Below, in pieces: positions 47,782 to 58,076 of a DNA stretch of 64,000 bases (its first letter is position 1; every line of letters starts with the position of its first letter). The notes beneath the pieces were generated by a model, which was not told the origin of the DNA, searched no databases, and saw only the letters and a list, made by a program, of their open reading frames with translations. The position numbers and the translations under genes are program-made. This DNA is from Promethearchaeota archaeon (GTDB taxonomy: Archaea; Asgardarchaeota; Heimdallarchaeia; Hodarchaeales; Hodarchaeaceae): the NCBI GenBank assembly GCA_048938105.1, contig JBHLMN010000003.1, positions 1-64,000 on the forward strand, written 5' to 3'.

Positions 47782-48513
47782 GTGAACAGTAAATTGGAAT
47801 TTGATCGAAGCCGAATACCAGCATTAATAAGAAAGCGTCAAAGAAAACCAGCAAAAGAACAAGAAGTTCTAATCAAGAATAGAGAGATAATTGGAAAAAC
47901 ATTACAAGTAGCAAGGGGAACAGAAGCTAGTGAACAGGAAATTGCTAGTACAATTAAATGGTTGGAAAAAATCTCAAAGTTTGTACCGATTGATTCTGAA
48001 AACGAATTAGAAGAACTTGTTAAAATTATGGTTCGTTTAAGCCAGGAAAGAGCAAAACTTAATGAGCTTTACGATCACCCTGGCCTTAATTTAATGAAAC
48101 GAGTCCGAGAGGGAATGATCCGCTACCTGATTGTTTTAAGTGAAATTCGTGCTCGCCAAAAAGAATACTTGGAATATTGGTTTACTGATGACTATTGGAT
48201 AACAGAATGGAGCCAAATTTTACTCGGCCAATCATCAGAAAGTAATATGAAGAAATATGGGTTTGAGAATGTGAAAACTAGGGATTTTATCTTCCTTTTA
48301 GAGCTCGAGTTGGCAACTGCGGATGATGCGTCCAAAGTGGAGAAACCTATGGTTCGATTACAACCCATAGAAGATAAAGATTCCTTTTTGATAATACCAA
48401 CTGAAGCAGCGGCTAAAGAATATGAAATTCAAGTTAATCGTATCTTAAACGAAACTGTTACCTTTACAGACTGGGTTACCGACTTCTTAAAAGCATTAGA
48501 TTTACCAAAGTAA
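47782..48513 (+). CDS. Hypothetical helical protein
   Basis: 243-aa ORF with protein-like composition; no recognised motif. Confidence 0.7.
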   Translation: MNSKLEFDRSRIPALIRKRQRKPAKEQEVLIKNREIIGKTLQVARGTEASEQEIASTIKWLEKISKFVPIDSENELEELVKIMVRLSQERAKLNELYDHPGLNLMKRVREGMIRYLIVLSEIRARQKEYLEYWFTDDYWITEWSQILLGQSSESNMKKYGFENVKTRDFIFLLELELATADDASKVEKPMVRLQPIEDKDSFLIIPTEAAAKEYEIQVNRILNETVTFTDWVTDFLKALDLPK

Positions 48514-48700
48514 GATATACAATCCATCACAAAATCTTTCGCTATAAGCAAATTAAATTAATGAATTGTTGATCAGTTTTCAGTGAAAGCCATGCTTTAA
48601 CATGGTTTATCATTTTTAACTTTAGTTGGATTAACTTAATAATTGTAACATTACCGTTAAACAGCTTTAGTAGATTCAATATTTTTTTCACTCCTCCGAT

Positions 48701-48730
48701 AATAAAAAAAAAGAAAAAAAGAGGGAGAGA
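48701..48730 (-). terminator. Oligo-T terminator of the oppA-like gene
   Basis: The + strand A-rich tract reads as a long T/C tract on the - strand just after the stop. Confidence 0.55.
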
Positions 48731-48757
48731 TTTGTGGTTTTACTCTAGTATTCCGAT

Positions 48758-50632
48758 TTATCTCTTTTTGCGGAAGAATATAGCAACTACCACAAAGGAG
48801 GCAAGGATGAGACTTATAGGAGCAAATGGAGCGGGACCGCCCGTCTTAGTGTACTCTTCTCGATCAATGAGGAAGTTCCAACCTTCGTGAAGTTTAAAGC
48901 TGGTGTACTGTTCAGCAACAATCTTGTCTACTTTGTAGGGGCCAGAACCAATCATCTCTGAAGCTTTTGGAACCCAGTCCTCGAATTCTATATCCTTTTC
49001 TGCCACAGCTTCCCAGACATGTTTAGGTAATACTGGTATCCCAGTAGCTCGTCCCCACTCGAAGTAGCCAGACTTGTTGGTGTAAATTTCGACTGTGTAG
49101 TCATCTACCGCCTTAACATCGTAGACGTTGGCTATTCCATCGCTTAGCTCGGGACTATGAGGCCATACTTCCATCCAAGTATACACAACGTCGTCAGCCT
49201 TGACTGCTTCATCATCATGCCAGGTAGCATTCTCGTACAGCTTGAATGTGAACTTCTGGCCGTCTTGTATGCTGCCACTAGCTTTAGTTTCTGCAATGGT
49301 CCAGTTATAAGCTAAATCTGGTATTGGATCCCAATTATTGGGGTCAGTTTGCCATAGGCCTTGCCAGATGATATTGTCCATATTGTAACCTTCAGTCATC
49401 AAGAGTGGGTTGGTACTTTCCCAGCCTTCTGAAAAGACAGGACGGTATTCACCTCCAAAGGGCCCATCTTCGGATTCCTTCAGACGAACTTTCTGGTAAG
49501 CATAATTATTACCAGCTTGGACAATACCAGTACCAGCGAATGTCATGTAACCTTCCCAAATGTCAGTTCGGAAAGCATCGATTACTGCATCGTTATACAT
49601 TACAATCATGGGTTGTTCAAAGGCTAGTAGCTTACCAGCTTCAACGGCTGCTTCTTTTGCTTCCGCGGCTGTCTTTGCTTCCATCATATCATCAAGAGCT
49701 TCATCAATAGTAGCGTTAGAGAAGTAGTACAAGATGTCTGCATAGATCTGGCCGGTTCGGAAGAAGTCAAACATGAGATCAGGGGGATTGACTGGACTCA
49801 CATTCCAACTGAAACAGATAACCCAATAGTCACCTGTCAATGCGTTATCAATGAGGAATGAGAAGTCTTCTTCAAAGACGGTTGCTTTCATACCCATTTC
49901 ATTTAGACCCTCTGCTGCGAGTTCACAGGAGATAATGGCGGGGTCGTATCCTACCGAAGCACCGATTTCTATTGCGCACTCGTCAGAGGTCATATCAGCG
50001 ACTTTATCACCATCGGGATCCCATTCACGCCAACCATCGCCGTTCAGATCTACAAAACCAGCGTTTTCAAGGGATTTATTGCCAGCAGCAATATTTTTGT
50101 CATAGAAGTGGGTATCTAATTTACTTTCAACTTCCCATTCTGTCGCAACGATGGGAACATAGCTATCCATTGGTACACCAGCACCTCCAATAGCTTCTGC
50201 ATTAACATGGTACTTATCAATACCATACGCCATTGCCCGACGGTACCCAGTGAGATTGGTTGGGAAGCGTCCGCTATTCAGGGTTAGCTGTCGATAAATT
50301 GTTCCAAGAGTGACGTTCACAGAGATATCTTCGTCAACAACTAGAGGCGCTACATATGCTGAAAGAACTCTATCATCGTATGAGGTCACACCTTGAGGAG
50401 GACCTTCTCTTAGAGCTAACATTGCTAGGGCGATATCCTCTGTGGGATAAACAACACCCACGATATCATCAACGAATCCTCCGTGAGGACGGAAGTCAGA
50501 TGCCCAGCAATCATAGTCTGTGATGACATCATTTTTAGGTGAGGCAATAGCACCCATATAGCTCGTAAGGAAGAGCGTGAAAAGTGCTAATGTGCCTACT
50601 AGACTAATCAATTTTGCTTTTCTCATAAGCAA
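48758..50632 (-). CDS. Family-5 ABC substrate-binding protein (OppA/DppA), circularly permuted, C-terminal anchor
   Basis: YRRAMAYGID precedes PDLAYNW...ATWHD..VKADDV and GSGPYK; signal peptide; TM + RKKR. Confidence 0.88.
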   Translation of the reverse strand: MLMRKAKLISLVGTLALFTLFLTSYMGAIASPKNDVITDYDCWASDFRPHGGFVDDIVGVVYPTEDIALAMLALREGPPQGVTSYDDRVLSAYVAPLVVDEDISVNVTLGTIYRQLTLNSGRFPTNLTGYRRAMAYGIDKYHVNAEAIGGAGVPMDSYVPIVATEWEVESKLDTHFYDKNIAAGNKSLENAGFVDLNGDGWREWDPDGDKVADMTSDECAIEIGASVGYDPAIISCELAAEGLNEMGMKATVFEEDFSFLIDNALTGDYWVICFSWNVSPVNPPDLMFDFFRTGQIYADILYYFSNATIDEALDDMMEAKTAAEAKEAAVEAGKLLAFEQPMIVMYNDAVIDAFRTDIWEGYMTFAGTGIVQAGNNYAYQKVRLKESEDGPFGGEYRPVFSEGWESTNPLLMTEGYNMDNIIWQGLWQTDPNNWDPIPDLAYNWTIAETKASGSIQDGQKFTFKLYENATWHDDEAVKADDVVYTWMEVWPHSPELSDGIANVYDVKAVDDYTVEIYTNKSGYFEWGRATGIPVLPKHVWEAVAEKDIEFEDWVPKASEMIGSGPYKVDKIVAEQYTSFKLHEGWNFLIDREEYTKTGGPAPFAPISLILASFVVVAIFFRKKR

Positions 50633-50952
50633 ACCTTCTAATTTCCATTTTATACTTTTTTAAGAACATAAGCTCTGCAACTAAAGTTTGTTTTGACTTA
50701 GTTGATAGCTCATGCTAAGCTAAGAAGAGTAACACTTTCAATATTTAAGCCTACGTTTGGACAAACTTCTATGAAAAACAGCTATTTCAAGTGAAGAGGA
50801 AATATAACTAACAGGTAAGTAAATAGCAATGATAAAAACAACTAAATCTTGAATAATGAGTTAAAGATAATTTACGATCATGGATAAACCAAAGTGTTTT
50901 AATACTAAAGCAGTTGACCCATCTTTACTATTCGAAAGACCTAACTTCTATT

Positions 50953-51252
50953 TTATTCCATCTCTTCGCTTAATTGTTCTTTTTCTTCGATTCTTTCACG
51001 GAAAGATGACCGAGATTGAGTTTTTTTGGCCATTGATTGAGCTGCAAATTCAATTCCAACCATAGCTGTGAATAAGACTCCGAAAGTTAAAATTGCAATG
51101 AATACTATTACTCCTCCAACAAGACCGATTGCTGAACCGTAATATCCTGAAAGAAACATTAAACTAAAGCCAATTATAGCCATCAAAACTGGGATTAGTA
51201 AAGTCCAGCGGCGATAAACGACTTTAGCACCATGCATATCTGAAGAGTTCAA
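50953..51252 (-). CDS. Small 2-TM membrane protein
   Basis: Two hydrophobic helices and a charged tail; co-oriented with the opp genes. Confidence 0.65.
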   Translation of the reverse strand: MNSSDMHGAKVVYRRWTLLIPVLMAIIGFSLMFLSGYYGSAIGLVGGVIVFIAILTFGVLFTAMVGIEFAAQSMAKKTQSRSSFRERIEEKEQLSEEME

Positions 51253-51302
51253 GTTCTATCCTTCTAATATATAGCTAGATCTATTCCAAAACTCATGTGT
51301 TC

Positions 51303-51758
51303 CTAGTTGGGATTATATCGAGATTTAATTAGAAATTCGTTTACTACTACTCCAATCATGGTTCCAATCACTGATACTGGGACTAATAAAAAAATCATGG
51401 GTATAGTTGAAGCAACTTGTTGAAAAGCAAAGAAATCGCCTTCACCAGGAAATATGCCTACGAAAGCTGGTAATGCACGAGTGAATGATGTTAGAATAAT
51501 GGTACCAAACACTGACAGAGCCATTGCTAAGAATGAATCTCTAATATCATCGTTAATAAGTCCAATGAAGAATGCTGGTATGATTATTATAAATCCTGCT
51601 GTTAGTTGGGTCAAAGGAATAACTTGAGTAAATGAGACATGAAGAATTGCACTTGAAACGATAATTGCACCAATGATTGAGATCAAGAATGCGAGAATGC
51701 GATTTGATTTTGGTGGTGATCGGTCAGATAAGGAGTCTAAATGCATACTAGATACCAT
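51303..51758 (-). CDS. 4-TM membrane protein
   Basis: Four hydrophobic segments. Confidence 0.7.
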   Translation of the reverse strand: MVSSMHLDSLSDRSPPKSNRILAFLISIIGAIIVSSAILHVSFTQVIPLTQLTAGFIIIIPAFFIGLINDDIRDSFLAMALSVFGTIILTSFTRALPAFVGIFPGEGDFFAFQQVASTIPMIFLLVPVSVIGTMIGVVVNEFLIKSRYNPN

Positions 51759-51809
51759 GACTGTTTTTTGTTATTATAAAAGGCCAAATTCTGGTCTAAT
51801 AACTAATTT

Positions 51810-52808
51810 CTAACCATATTGAATCCGTGGATCTAAAACTCCGTATAAAATGTCAGCAAGGACATTGGCAATAATGACACATACAGCAATCAACCAGAAG
51901 ATAGCCTGGGTTACGGGCCAGTCGTACGAAAGGAGAGAACTAAAGAGTAATCGGCCCATACCATTAAAAGCAAAAACAGTTTCGGTTAAGACGGCACCAC
52001 TAACAATGAATGCAAATTGAATGGCAATCACTGTTATGAGAGGTAAAAAAGCGTTACGAACGCCGTGTTTAAATAATACCGTACGTTCTTCAAGGCCCTT
52101 TGCTCTTGCTGTAAGAATGTAGTCTTCAGTAAGGACTTCAACCAAGGTATTACGCATAAGCAACATATACCCACCGAAAAATGCAAGTGTAAGTGTGGCT
52201 ACTGGTAGTGCTAAATGCCAAGCGAGATCAAATATTAAAAGTATCGGGTTGCTAGGTACAGGAAAACTTACAGTATGCCCTAAGGGGAAAATGGGTATAT
52301 AATACGCAAAGAATAAGATTAAAATCATACCAATCCAGAATACAGGAAAACTATACAAGGAGAGACCAACTGTAATAAAAGCAGTATCAATTTTTCCTCC
52401 ATGACGGCTAGCAATAAAAATACCGGAAACTATCCCAAGAACTACGGCTATAATCGTTGAAGCACCCATAAGGATAAGTGTGTTAGGTAATCGTTCCATG
52501 ACCTCATCAACAACGGGACCCAGTGTTTCGAAACTTTGCCCAAATTGAAGGGTTACCATATTTTGCATATATAATAAGAAGTGATTAAACCATTCCTCAA
52601 ATCCCGCATTTCTTTCAGGAATTCCATACTGTCTTCTAACTTTTTCAATTGACCTAGGATCCATATTCGGATTGATATATAAGCTCATTGGATCCATTCC
52701 AAGGACAAAAATGGGAAGACGAAAAAGAAAGAAGTTAAGGACTAAGGTAGTTATGAATAGAACAACAGCAATAATAGAACGTTTTAATAAATATGTACGT
52801 AGGCTCAT
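51810..52808 (-). CDS. oppB: Peptide ABC permease OppB/DppB
   Basis: FGQSF, RLPNT, EDYILTARAKGL (EAA loop), DPRI. Confidence 0.9.
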   Translation of the reverse strand: MSLRTYLLKRSIIAVVLFITTLVLNFFLFRLPIFVLGMDPMSLYINPNMDPRSIEKVRRQYGIPERNAGFEEWFNHFLLYMQNMVTLQFGQSFETLGPVVDEVMERLPNTLILMGASTIIAVVLGIVSGIFIASRHGGKIDTAFITVGLSLYSFPVFWIGMILILFFAYYIPIFPLGHTVSFPVPSNPILLIFDLAWHLALPVATLTLAFFGGYMLLMRNTLVEVLTEDYILTARAKGLEERTVLFKHGVRNAFLPLITVIAIQFAFIVSGAVLTETVFAFNGMGRLLFSSLLSYDWPVTQAIFWLIAVCVIIANVLADILYGVLDPRIQYG

Positions 52809-52970
52809 TACAACACCTTCAAAAAATTTTACCTTTTTTTTCTAAATTTAGCCTTTTGATAAAGTGATTAGGATTTTAGCGCCAGCCTCAATAAAATATT
52901 AATAAATATATTTGAAGTAAATTAATAAGTCTATTCATGAATGCAAAATCATCTTTCAGGTGAGGTAATA

Positions 52971-53201
52971 TTGAGTAAGAAATATGAATTCCAAGCACTC
53001 ATCGCAACTCGTCCAACTTTAAAATGGTTCATTCTAATAGGAATAGGGATAATGATCATTGGTCTCTTCATCATTATGTTCATTTCACCCTTTATTGGCT
53101 ATCTAGTATTATGGGCTGGTATCATAATAGTTACATTATCGTTAATAGCTCTGCTTTTTCTCTGGTTTTCCGATCGGATTCTTCCTCAACCAAAATATTA
53201 G
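52971..53201 (+). CDS. Small 2-TM membrane protein
   Basis: GGTGAGGT RBS before the TTG at 52971; two TMs. Confidence 0.65.
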   Translation: MSKKYEFQALIATRPTLKWFILIGIGIMIIGLFIIMFISPFIGYLVLWAGIIIVTLSLIALLFLWFSDRILPQPKY

Positions 53202-53247
53202 CTAGGATATTATGTTCTAAAAGGGGGTTCTCACTTCTTCCATCAAT

Positions 53248-53751
53248 CTATGTTGTTATCACTTCAGCACCTTGGAAAGGTTGGGATCTGTCGTATCCAC
53301 TTCTACCTATAATATTACTATCGATATTTACTTGAATGACGAAGAACCAACTCCAGGTCTCATTATGATCTGCCTCGTTAAAAAAGACAACAGCTTGTGG
53401 TCGAATGTTATAAGCCCATGTAACAGAAACATTCTCTCTTGGACTAATGATCCTTGAAAACCACTTTTGGCCGCCAAGGTATTCAGGAGTTTCTCCGTTC
53501 AAGATGATTGTACGAACTGTAATCGAGCGGAACTCGAAAGAGGATATATGTGATGGATTCCAGATAATAGCAGAGATTTTCAAGCTAACAATGTCACCAG
53601 TACTATTCTTTATTACTGCTACATCAAATATTTGAAACTCAAAATTCACTATAATATTATATGCCTCAATTTCATATATTGTTGAGTATAATAAAAATCC
53701 TGAAAAAGTAATGACTATCAGAAACCAAGGAATTAATACAATTTTCCTCAT
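53248..53751 (-). CDS. Membrane-anchored beta-rich hypothetical protein
   Basis: N-terminal TM followed by a beta-strand-rich domain (I.NPS, LEA2-like pattern). Confidence 0.65.
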   Translation of the reverse strand: MRKIVLIPWFLIVITFSGFLLYSTIYEIEAYNIIVNFEFQIFDVAVIKNSTGDIVSLKISAIIWNPSHISSFEFRSITVRTIILNGETPEYLGGQKWFSRIISPRENVSVTWAYNIRPQAVVFFNEADHNETWSWFFVIQVNIDSNIIGRSGYDRSQPFQGAEVITT

Positions 53752-54034
53752 TTTAACTATCCTTTTGACTTACTCTTTCGTGTTTATTTGTTTAATGTAC
53801 TAATACTCAAATTTTGTATAGGCATAAATTTGTATCTTAGCTCGTTAAAAGATTAATAAACTTATTGAATAATGCAAGTTCTCCCGTTATATTAATATAG
53901 GTAACTAATAGAAAGCTACAAACCGCCCGTAACGGTTATATGAAAAATAAACGCAGATGAAACGCCGCAAACCATTAGTATTTATAATATTAATTTAAGA
54001 AACTGTTGGGTTAAAGAAGCGCTTCTAATCTGGG

Positions 54035-55528
54035 GTGTTTATACTGGAAAAATCTAGGATTATCCATAGAAAAAGCCGTATTGATCGGATTAAGGGTGTT
54101 ATGAAAAGATATTGGGAGGTGAAGCATGGAATCATTGGTCTTGGAATTGTCATTATGTTCGCAATTTTGGCTATTTTAGCCCCTGTTGTTTTTCCTGAAT
54201 ATCCAGGCCAATTAGCTCGTATTGGGCCTGATTATGCTGCTCCTGAATGGACAGGTTTTATGGATCCCAGTGCACCACCTTTCGGAAATTATGTTCCCAA
54301 CCATGGTTTTGAGGATGAATCAATGTGGTCATTTAACGTATATGCAGGAACAAAAGGTGGTACCACGGACAACCAAACAGGATTCTATAATTACGATACA
54401 AAAGAATTTTCTCAAGGGAAACAATCAGTAAAATTAACTCTCTTTGATAATAGTACTACTATAGGATACAACACTGGAGTGAAGGGGGTAGCTAACTTTC
54501 ATTATGATTACAGTTTTCCACAAATGGTTTATGTAAATTTCACCGTAAAATCCAATTTAACGGGCAATATAGATCCAAAAGATGTTAAACCATACGTCCA
54601 GCTACTTATGCCCAAGAGTTATACTTCATTTCAGTCTATCGCTCTTTTTGAAGTCGAACCTGTCTATCCGACTGAATGGAAAAATGTTTCTCGAAAACTT
54701 CATCAACTTGGCACCCGCACCATATTTGCGAAGGGCCGAGATGTGACAATAGAATTTGGATTAGAGTTTGATGGCGCGGTTCCTTCAGATACAGGAACTG
54801 TAGAATTCTGGTTTGATAATATTCAGGTTTTTTGCTATCCAGCATTTTGGGGTCCTCTTGGTACTACCGATAGAGGCCAAAATGTCCTTGCTCAACTTTT
54901 TTGGGGAGCACAAGTATCACTGTACATTGGAATAGTAGCAACAGTCATTGGAGTTACAGTTGGGCTTTTTGTTGGATTGGTTTCGGGATATTTTGGAGGC
55001 ATTGTGGATGAATCACTTATGCGAATAGTTGACTTCTTCCTAATTATGCCTGGTTTACCTATCATGATGGTACTTTCTGCTTTACTTAGTCCAAGTTTGG
55101 AAGTAACAGTCATTGTAATCGCCCTTTTTGCTTGGCCGGGACCTTCAAGAGTTATTCGTTCACAGGTTTTGGTTGAAAAGGAAAAGGCTTACGTTGAGGC
55201 AGCAAAAGCTGCAGGGGCTGGGGATGTCTATCTCATCTTTAAACATGTATTTCCAAACGTATTAACTCTGGTTTTCATCCAGGCTGCAACGGGTGTGTCA
55301 GGAGCGATTCTTCAGGAATCAGGTTTGAGTTTTCTAGGATTAACACCACAAAACCTTGTTTCTTGGGGACGCATGCTACAAGCAGCTTATGCTACTGGAG
55401 GAATTACAATTGGAGCATGGTGGTTTGTGATACCACCTGGTTTTATGATTGCAGCACTTTCTTTGGGCTTTGTATTCATTGGATATGCTGTTGACAAGGC
55501 AATGAACCCACGATTACGAAAATTATAG
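54035..55528 (+). CDS. oppC: Peptide ABC permease OppC/DppC with large extracellular insert
   Basis: PLGTTDRG, YVEAAKAAGA, LSFLGL, WG.ML, NPRLR; ~200-aa beta-rich insert. Confidence 0.9.
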   Translation: MFILEKSRIIHRKSRIDRIKGVMKRYWEVKHGIIGLGIVIMFAILAILAPVVFPEYPGQLARIGPDYAAPEWTGFMDPSAPPFGNYVPNHGFEDESMWSFNVYAGTKGGTTDNQTGFYNYDTKEFSQGKQSVKLTLFDNSTTIGYNTGVKGVANFHYDYSFPQMVYVNFTVKSNLTGNIDPKDVKPYVQLLMPKSYTSFQSIALFEVEPVYPTEWKNVSRKLHQLGTRTIFAKGRDVTIEFGLEFDGAVPSDTGTVEFWFDNIQVFCYPAFWGPLGTTDRGQNVLAQLFWGAQVSLYIGIVATVIGVTVGLFVGLVSGYFGGIVDESLMRIVDFFLIMPGLPIMMVLSALLSPSLEVTVIVIALFAWPGPSRVIRSQVLVEKEKAYVEAAKAAGAGDVYLIFKHVFPNVLTLVFIQAATGVSGAILQESGLSFLGLTPQNLVSWGRMLQAAYATGGITIGAWWFVIPPGFMIAALSLGFVFIGYAVDKAMNPRLRKL

Positions 55529-56539
55529 GTGAAATCAATATTGTCCCTTCGTGTTGAAGACCTTAAAGTATACTATAACATGAAACGCGGCACATGTCGA
55601 GCAGTTGAAGATATCTCCTTTAAAATCGAAAAAGGAGATTCAGTCGGGCTTGTTGGGGAATCTGGATGCGGAAAAAGCACAGTTGCATTTGCTCTGCTTC
55701 AAATGTTACCTTTCCCTGGTGAAATCATGGATGGTCATATATATTATAATGATGAAGATCTAGTGGAATTTTCTGAGGGTCACATGCGTCAATTCCGTTG
55801 GAAGAAAATGTCCATGGTGTTTCAAGGTGCGATGAATGCTCTTAATCCTACAATAAGGGTTAGTGAACAAATTACTGAAGCTATTAGGCAACATGAGCCA
55901 AAGGTTACTCAAAAAGAAGCACTTGAAAGAGCACGCGATCTTTTTAACTTGGTTGGTATAGATCCTGATCGAGTAAATCACTATCCTTTTGAATTTAGTG
56001 GAGGAATGAAGCAACGATCGATGATTGTTATGGCATTGGCTTGTAATCCTGAATTTGTTATTGCTGATGAACCAACGACAGCATTGGACGTTACAGTACA
56101 GGCTCAAATCATGGAACTTCTTCGGAAACTCGCTGATGAACTTGGTATCACTCTTATGCTTATCACTCACGACCTCTCCGTCGTCGCAGAAACCTGTCGA
56201 AAAGTTATCATAATGTATGCAGGTAAGATAGTTGAAACAGGGACAATATTTGATATATTCGATAATCCAAGGCATCCTTATTCTCAAGGATTAATTGCCT
56301 CAATACCTTCAATAGAAAAATCACACGATCAAACACTTGCTTCGATTCCTGGCCAACCACCGAATTTGTTAGATCCCCCTCCTGGTTGTCGGTTTCATCC
56401 CCGATGCGAATATGCTCAAGATATATGTCGAGCTGAAGACCCTCCTTTGGAGAATATAAGGGAGGAACACTTTGTAGCGTGTCATCTCTCTTCAGGAAGG
56501 ATAACAGATGCCCGATATAATCCCAACAGGAAGTATTGA
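55529..56539 (+). CDS. oppD: Peptide ABC ATPase OppD/DppD
   Basis: GESGCGKS, FSGGMKQR, DEPTTALD, PPGCRFHPRC; true start may be the TTG at 55541. Confidence 0.92.
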   Translation: MKSILSLRVEDLKVYYNMKRGTCRAVEDISFKIEKGDSVGLVGESGCGKSTVAFALLQMLPFPGEIMDGHIYYNDEDLVEFSEGHMRQFRWKKMSMVFQGAMNALNPTIRVSEQITEAIRQHEPKVTQKEALERARDLFNLVGIDPDRVNHYPFEFSGGMKQRSMIVMALACNPEFVIADEPTTALDVTVQAQIMELLRKLADELGITLMLITHDLSVVAETCRKVIIMYAGKIVETGTIFDIFDNPRHPYSQGLIASIPSIEKSHDQTLASIPGQPPNLLDPPPGCRFHPRCEYAQDICRAEDPPLENIREEHFVACHLSSGRITDARYNPNRKY

Positions 56540-57600
56540 CAATGATTAATAATGGAGAACCACTAGTTTCGTGTCGTGACCTTCGAAAATGGTTTGCAGT
56601 TCGCTCAGGTTTTTTTGCCCAACTCCTTGGGAGTCAGATTTGGCTAAAAGCTGTTGATGGAATAGATCTCGATATTTATCCAGAAGAAATGTATTGTCTT
56701 GCAGGAGAATCTGGTTGCGGTAAGACAACTATAGGAAAATTATTGATTGGGTTATTAGAACCCACTGATGGCCATGTGACCATTGATGGTCGTGATCTCA
56801 TGAAACTTTCACGCGGAGAACTACGTAATCTCAGAGCGCAAATTCAGACAATCTTTCAAGACCCCTACTCGTCATTGAATCCACGATTAAGCCTTTATGA
56901 CACTGTTGCTGAACCATTACGGTTGAATAAGCTTGCTGCATCCCCACAAGATGAGGAGGATCGTGTTGTCAAGGCCTTCGAGGCTGTTCAACTTGTCCCT
57001 GCAGAAGAATTCACTTTTCGTTATCCTCATGAACTCAGTGGAGGACAACGCCAACGAGTAGCTATTGCTCGGGCTATTGTCGTTAATCCCAAGTTTATTG
57101 TTGCTGATGAACCTGTGTCGATGCTTGATGTTTCAATTCGTTCCGAAATTTTGAACCTTTTAGAAAGTATTCGACGTAAATATCACATTGCTTATATTTA
57201 CATTACTCATGATCTCTCCGTTGCTAGCTATATTGGTGATTCGATCGCTATTATGTACCTTGGCAAAGTCATGGAGAAAGGATCCATAAAACAAGTCATT
57301 CATGGCGCAGTACACCCGTATAGCAAAGCTTTAATCTCTTCTGTTCCTGCACCGAACCCAGTACGTCAGAAAAAACGTGAAATACTTCCTGGAGAACCTG
57401 GTAGTCCCATTAATCCACCTCCAGGTTGTCTTTTTGCACCACGATGTAAATATGTTCAAAATAAATGTACCATTCAGGAACCACCTTTAGAAGAAATCGA
57501 AAAAGGCCACTTTGTTTCATGTTGGTTCCCTCGCCCTCCAATTGATCTTGGGACAGATCCAGCTGATCTAATTAGACAAGCTGCTGAAAAAACCAATTAA
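56536..57600 (+). CDS. oppF: Peptide ABC ATPase OppF/DppF
   Basis: GESGCGKT, LSGGQRQR, DEPVSMLD, PPGC.F.PRC. Confidence 0.92.
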   Translation: MTMINNGEPLVSCRDLRKWFAVRSGFFAQLLGSQIWLKAVDGIDLDIYPEEMYCLAGESGCGKTTIGKLLIGLLEPTDGHVTIDGRDLMKLSRGELRNLRAQIQTIFQDPYSSLNPRLSLYDTVAEPLRLNKLAASPQDEEDRVVKAFEAVQLVPAEEFTFRYPHELSGGQRQRVAIARAIVVNPKFIVADEPVSMLDVSIRSEILNLLESIRRKYHIAYIYITHDLSVASYIGDSIAIMYLGKVMEKGSIKQVIHGAVHPYSKALISSVPAPNPVRQKKREILPGEPGSPINPPPGCLFAPRCKYVQNKCTIQEPPLEEIEKGHFVSCWFPRPPIDLGTDPADLIRQAAEKTN

Positions 57601-57624
57601 TAGTTTTAAGATTGGTGGCTTCTC

Positions 57625-58014
57625 TTGATAGAGACTGCAATTCAAGAGGAGTTAAATATAGTTATCGAGCTTCTAGATGAATGTTTAGAAAAAATGGACG
57701 ATATTATGAGTCCTAAAGCGAAAAACATTCTCTGGCGAGTTTTCTTTCCAGCTGGACAATTCATGGAACAGAAATCTTCAGCAAAATTGGCAGCTAGTAT
57801 TTTAGTCAACATTGATGAACGCTTACGTGAAATGGTAGAAGTCCTCGAGGATCGTAAGCATTCACAGATGCTAACAATCCGTCAATTACTTGATCTCAAC
57901 CTAATTGAAATGGCTGAGCGACTTGTTGATCTACCTGAACGAGCGCAGTATATGATTCCGCAAATTGAGGCTATGAAAAAGAGAGCCACCGCTATTATGA
58001 CAGAAGACAAATGA
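57625..58014 (+). CDS. Hypothetical helical protein
   Basis: 129-aa ORF, GGTGG upstream of TTG, follows oppF. Confidence 0.65.
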   Translation: MIETAIQEELNIVIELLDECLEKMDDIMSPKAKNILWRVFFPAGQFMEQKSSAKLAASILVNIDERLREMVEVLEDRKHSQMLTIRQLLDLNLIEMAERLVDLPERAQYMIPQIEAMKKRATAIMTEDK

Positions 58015-58076
58015 TAATGCTAAATCAAGCCTTATTTAATTACTAAAATATTATAAAAAAGGATACACTGAATAAC

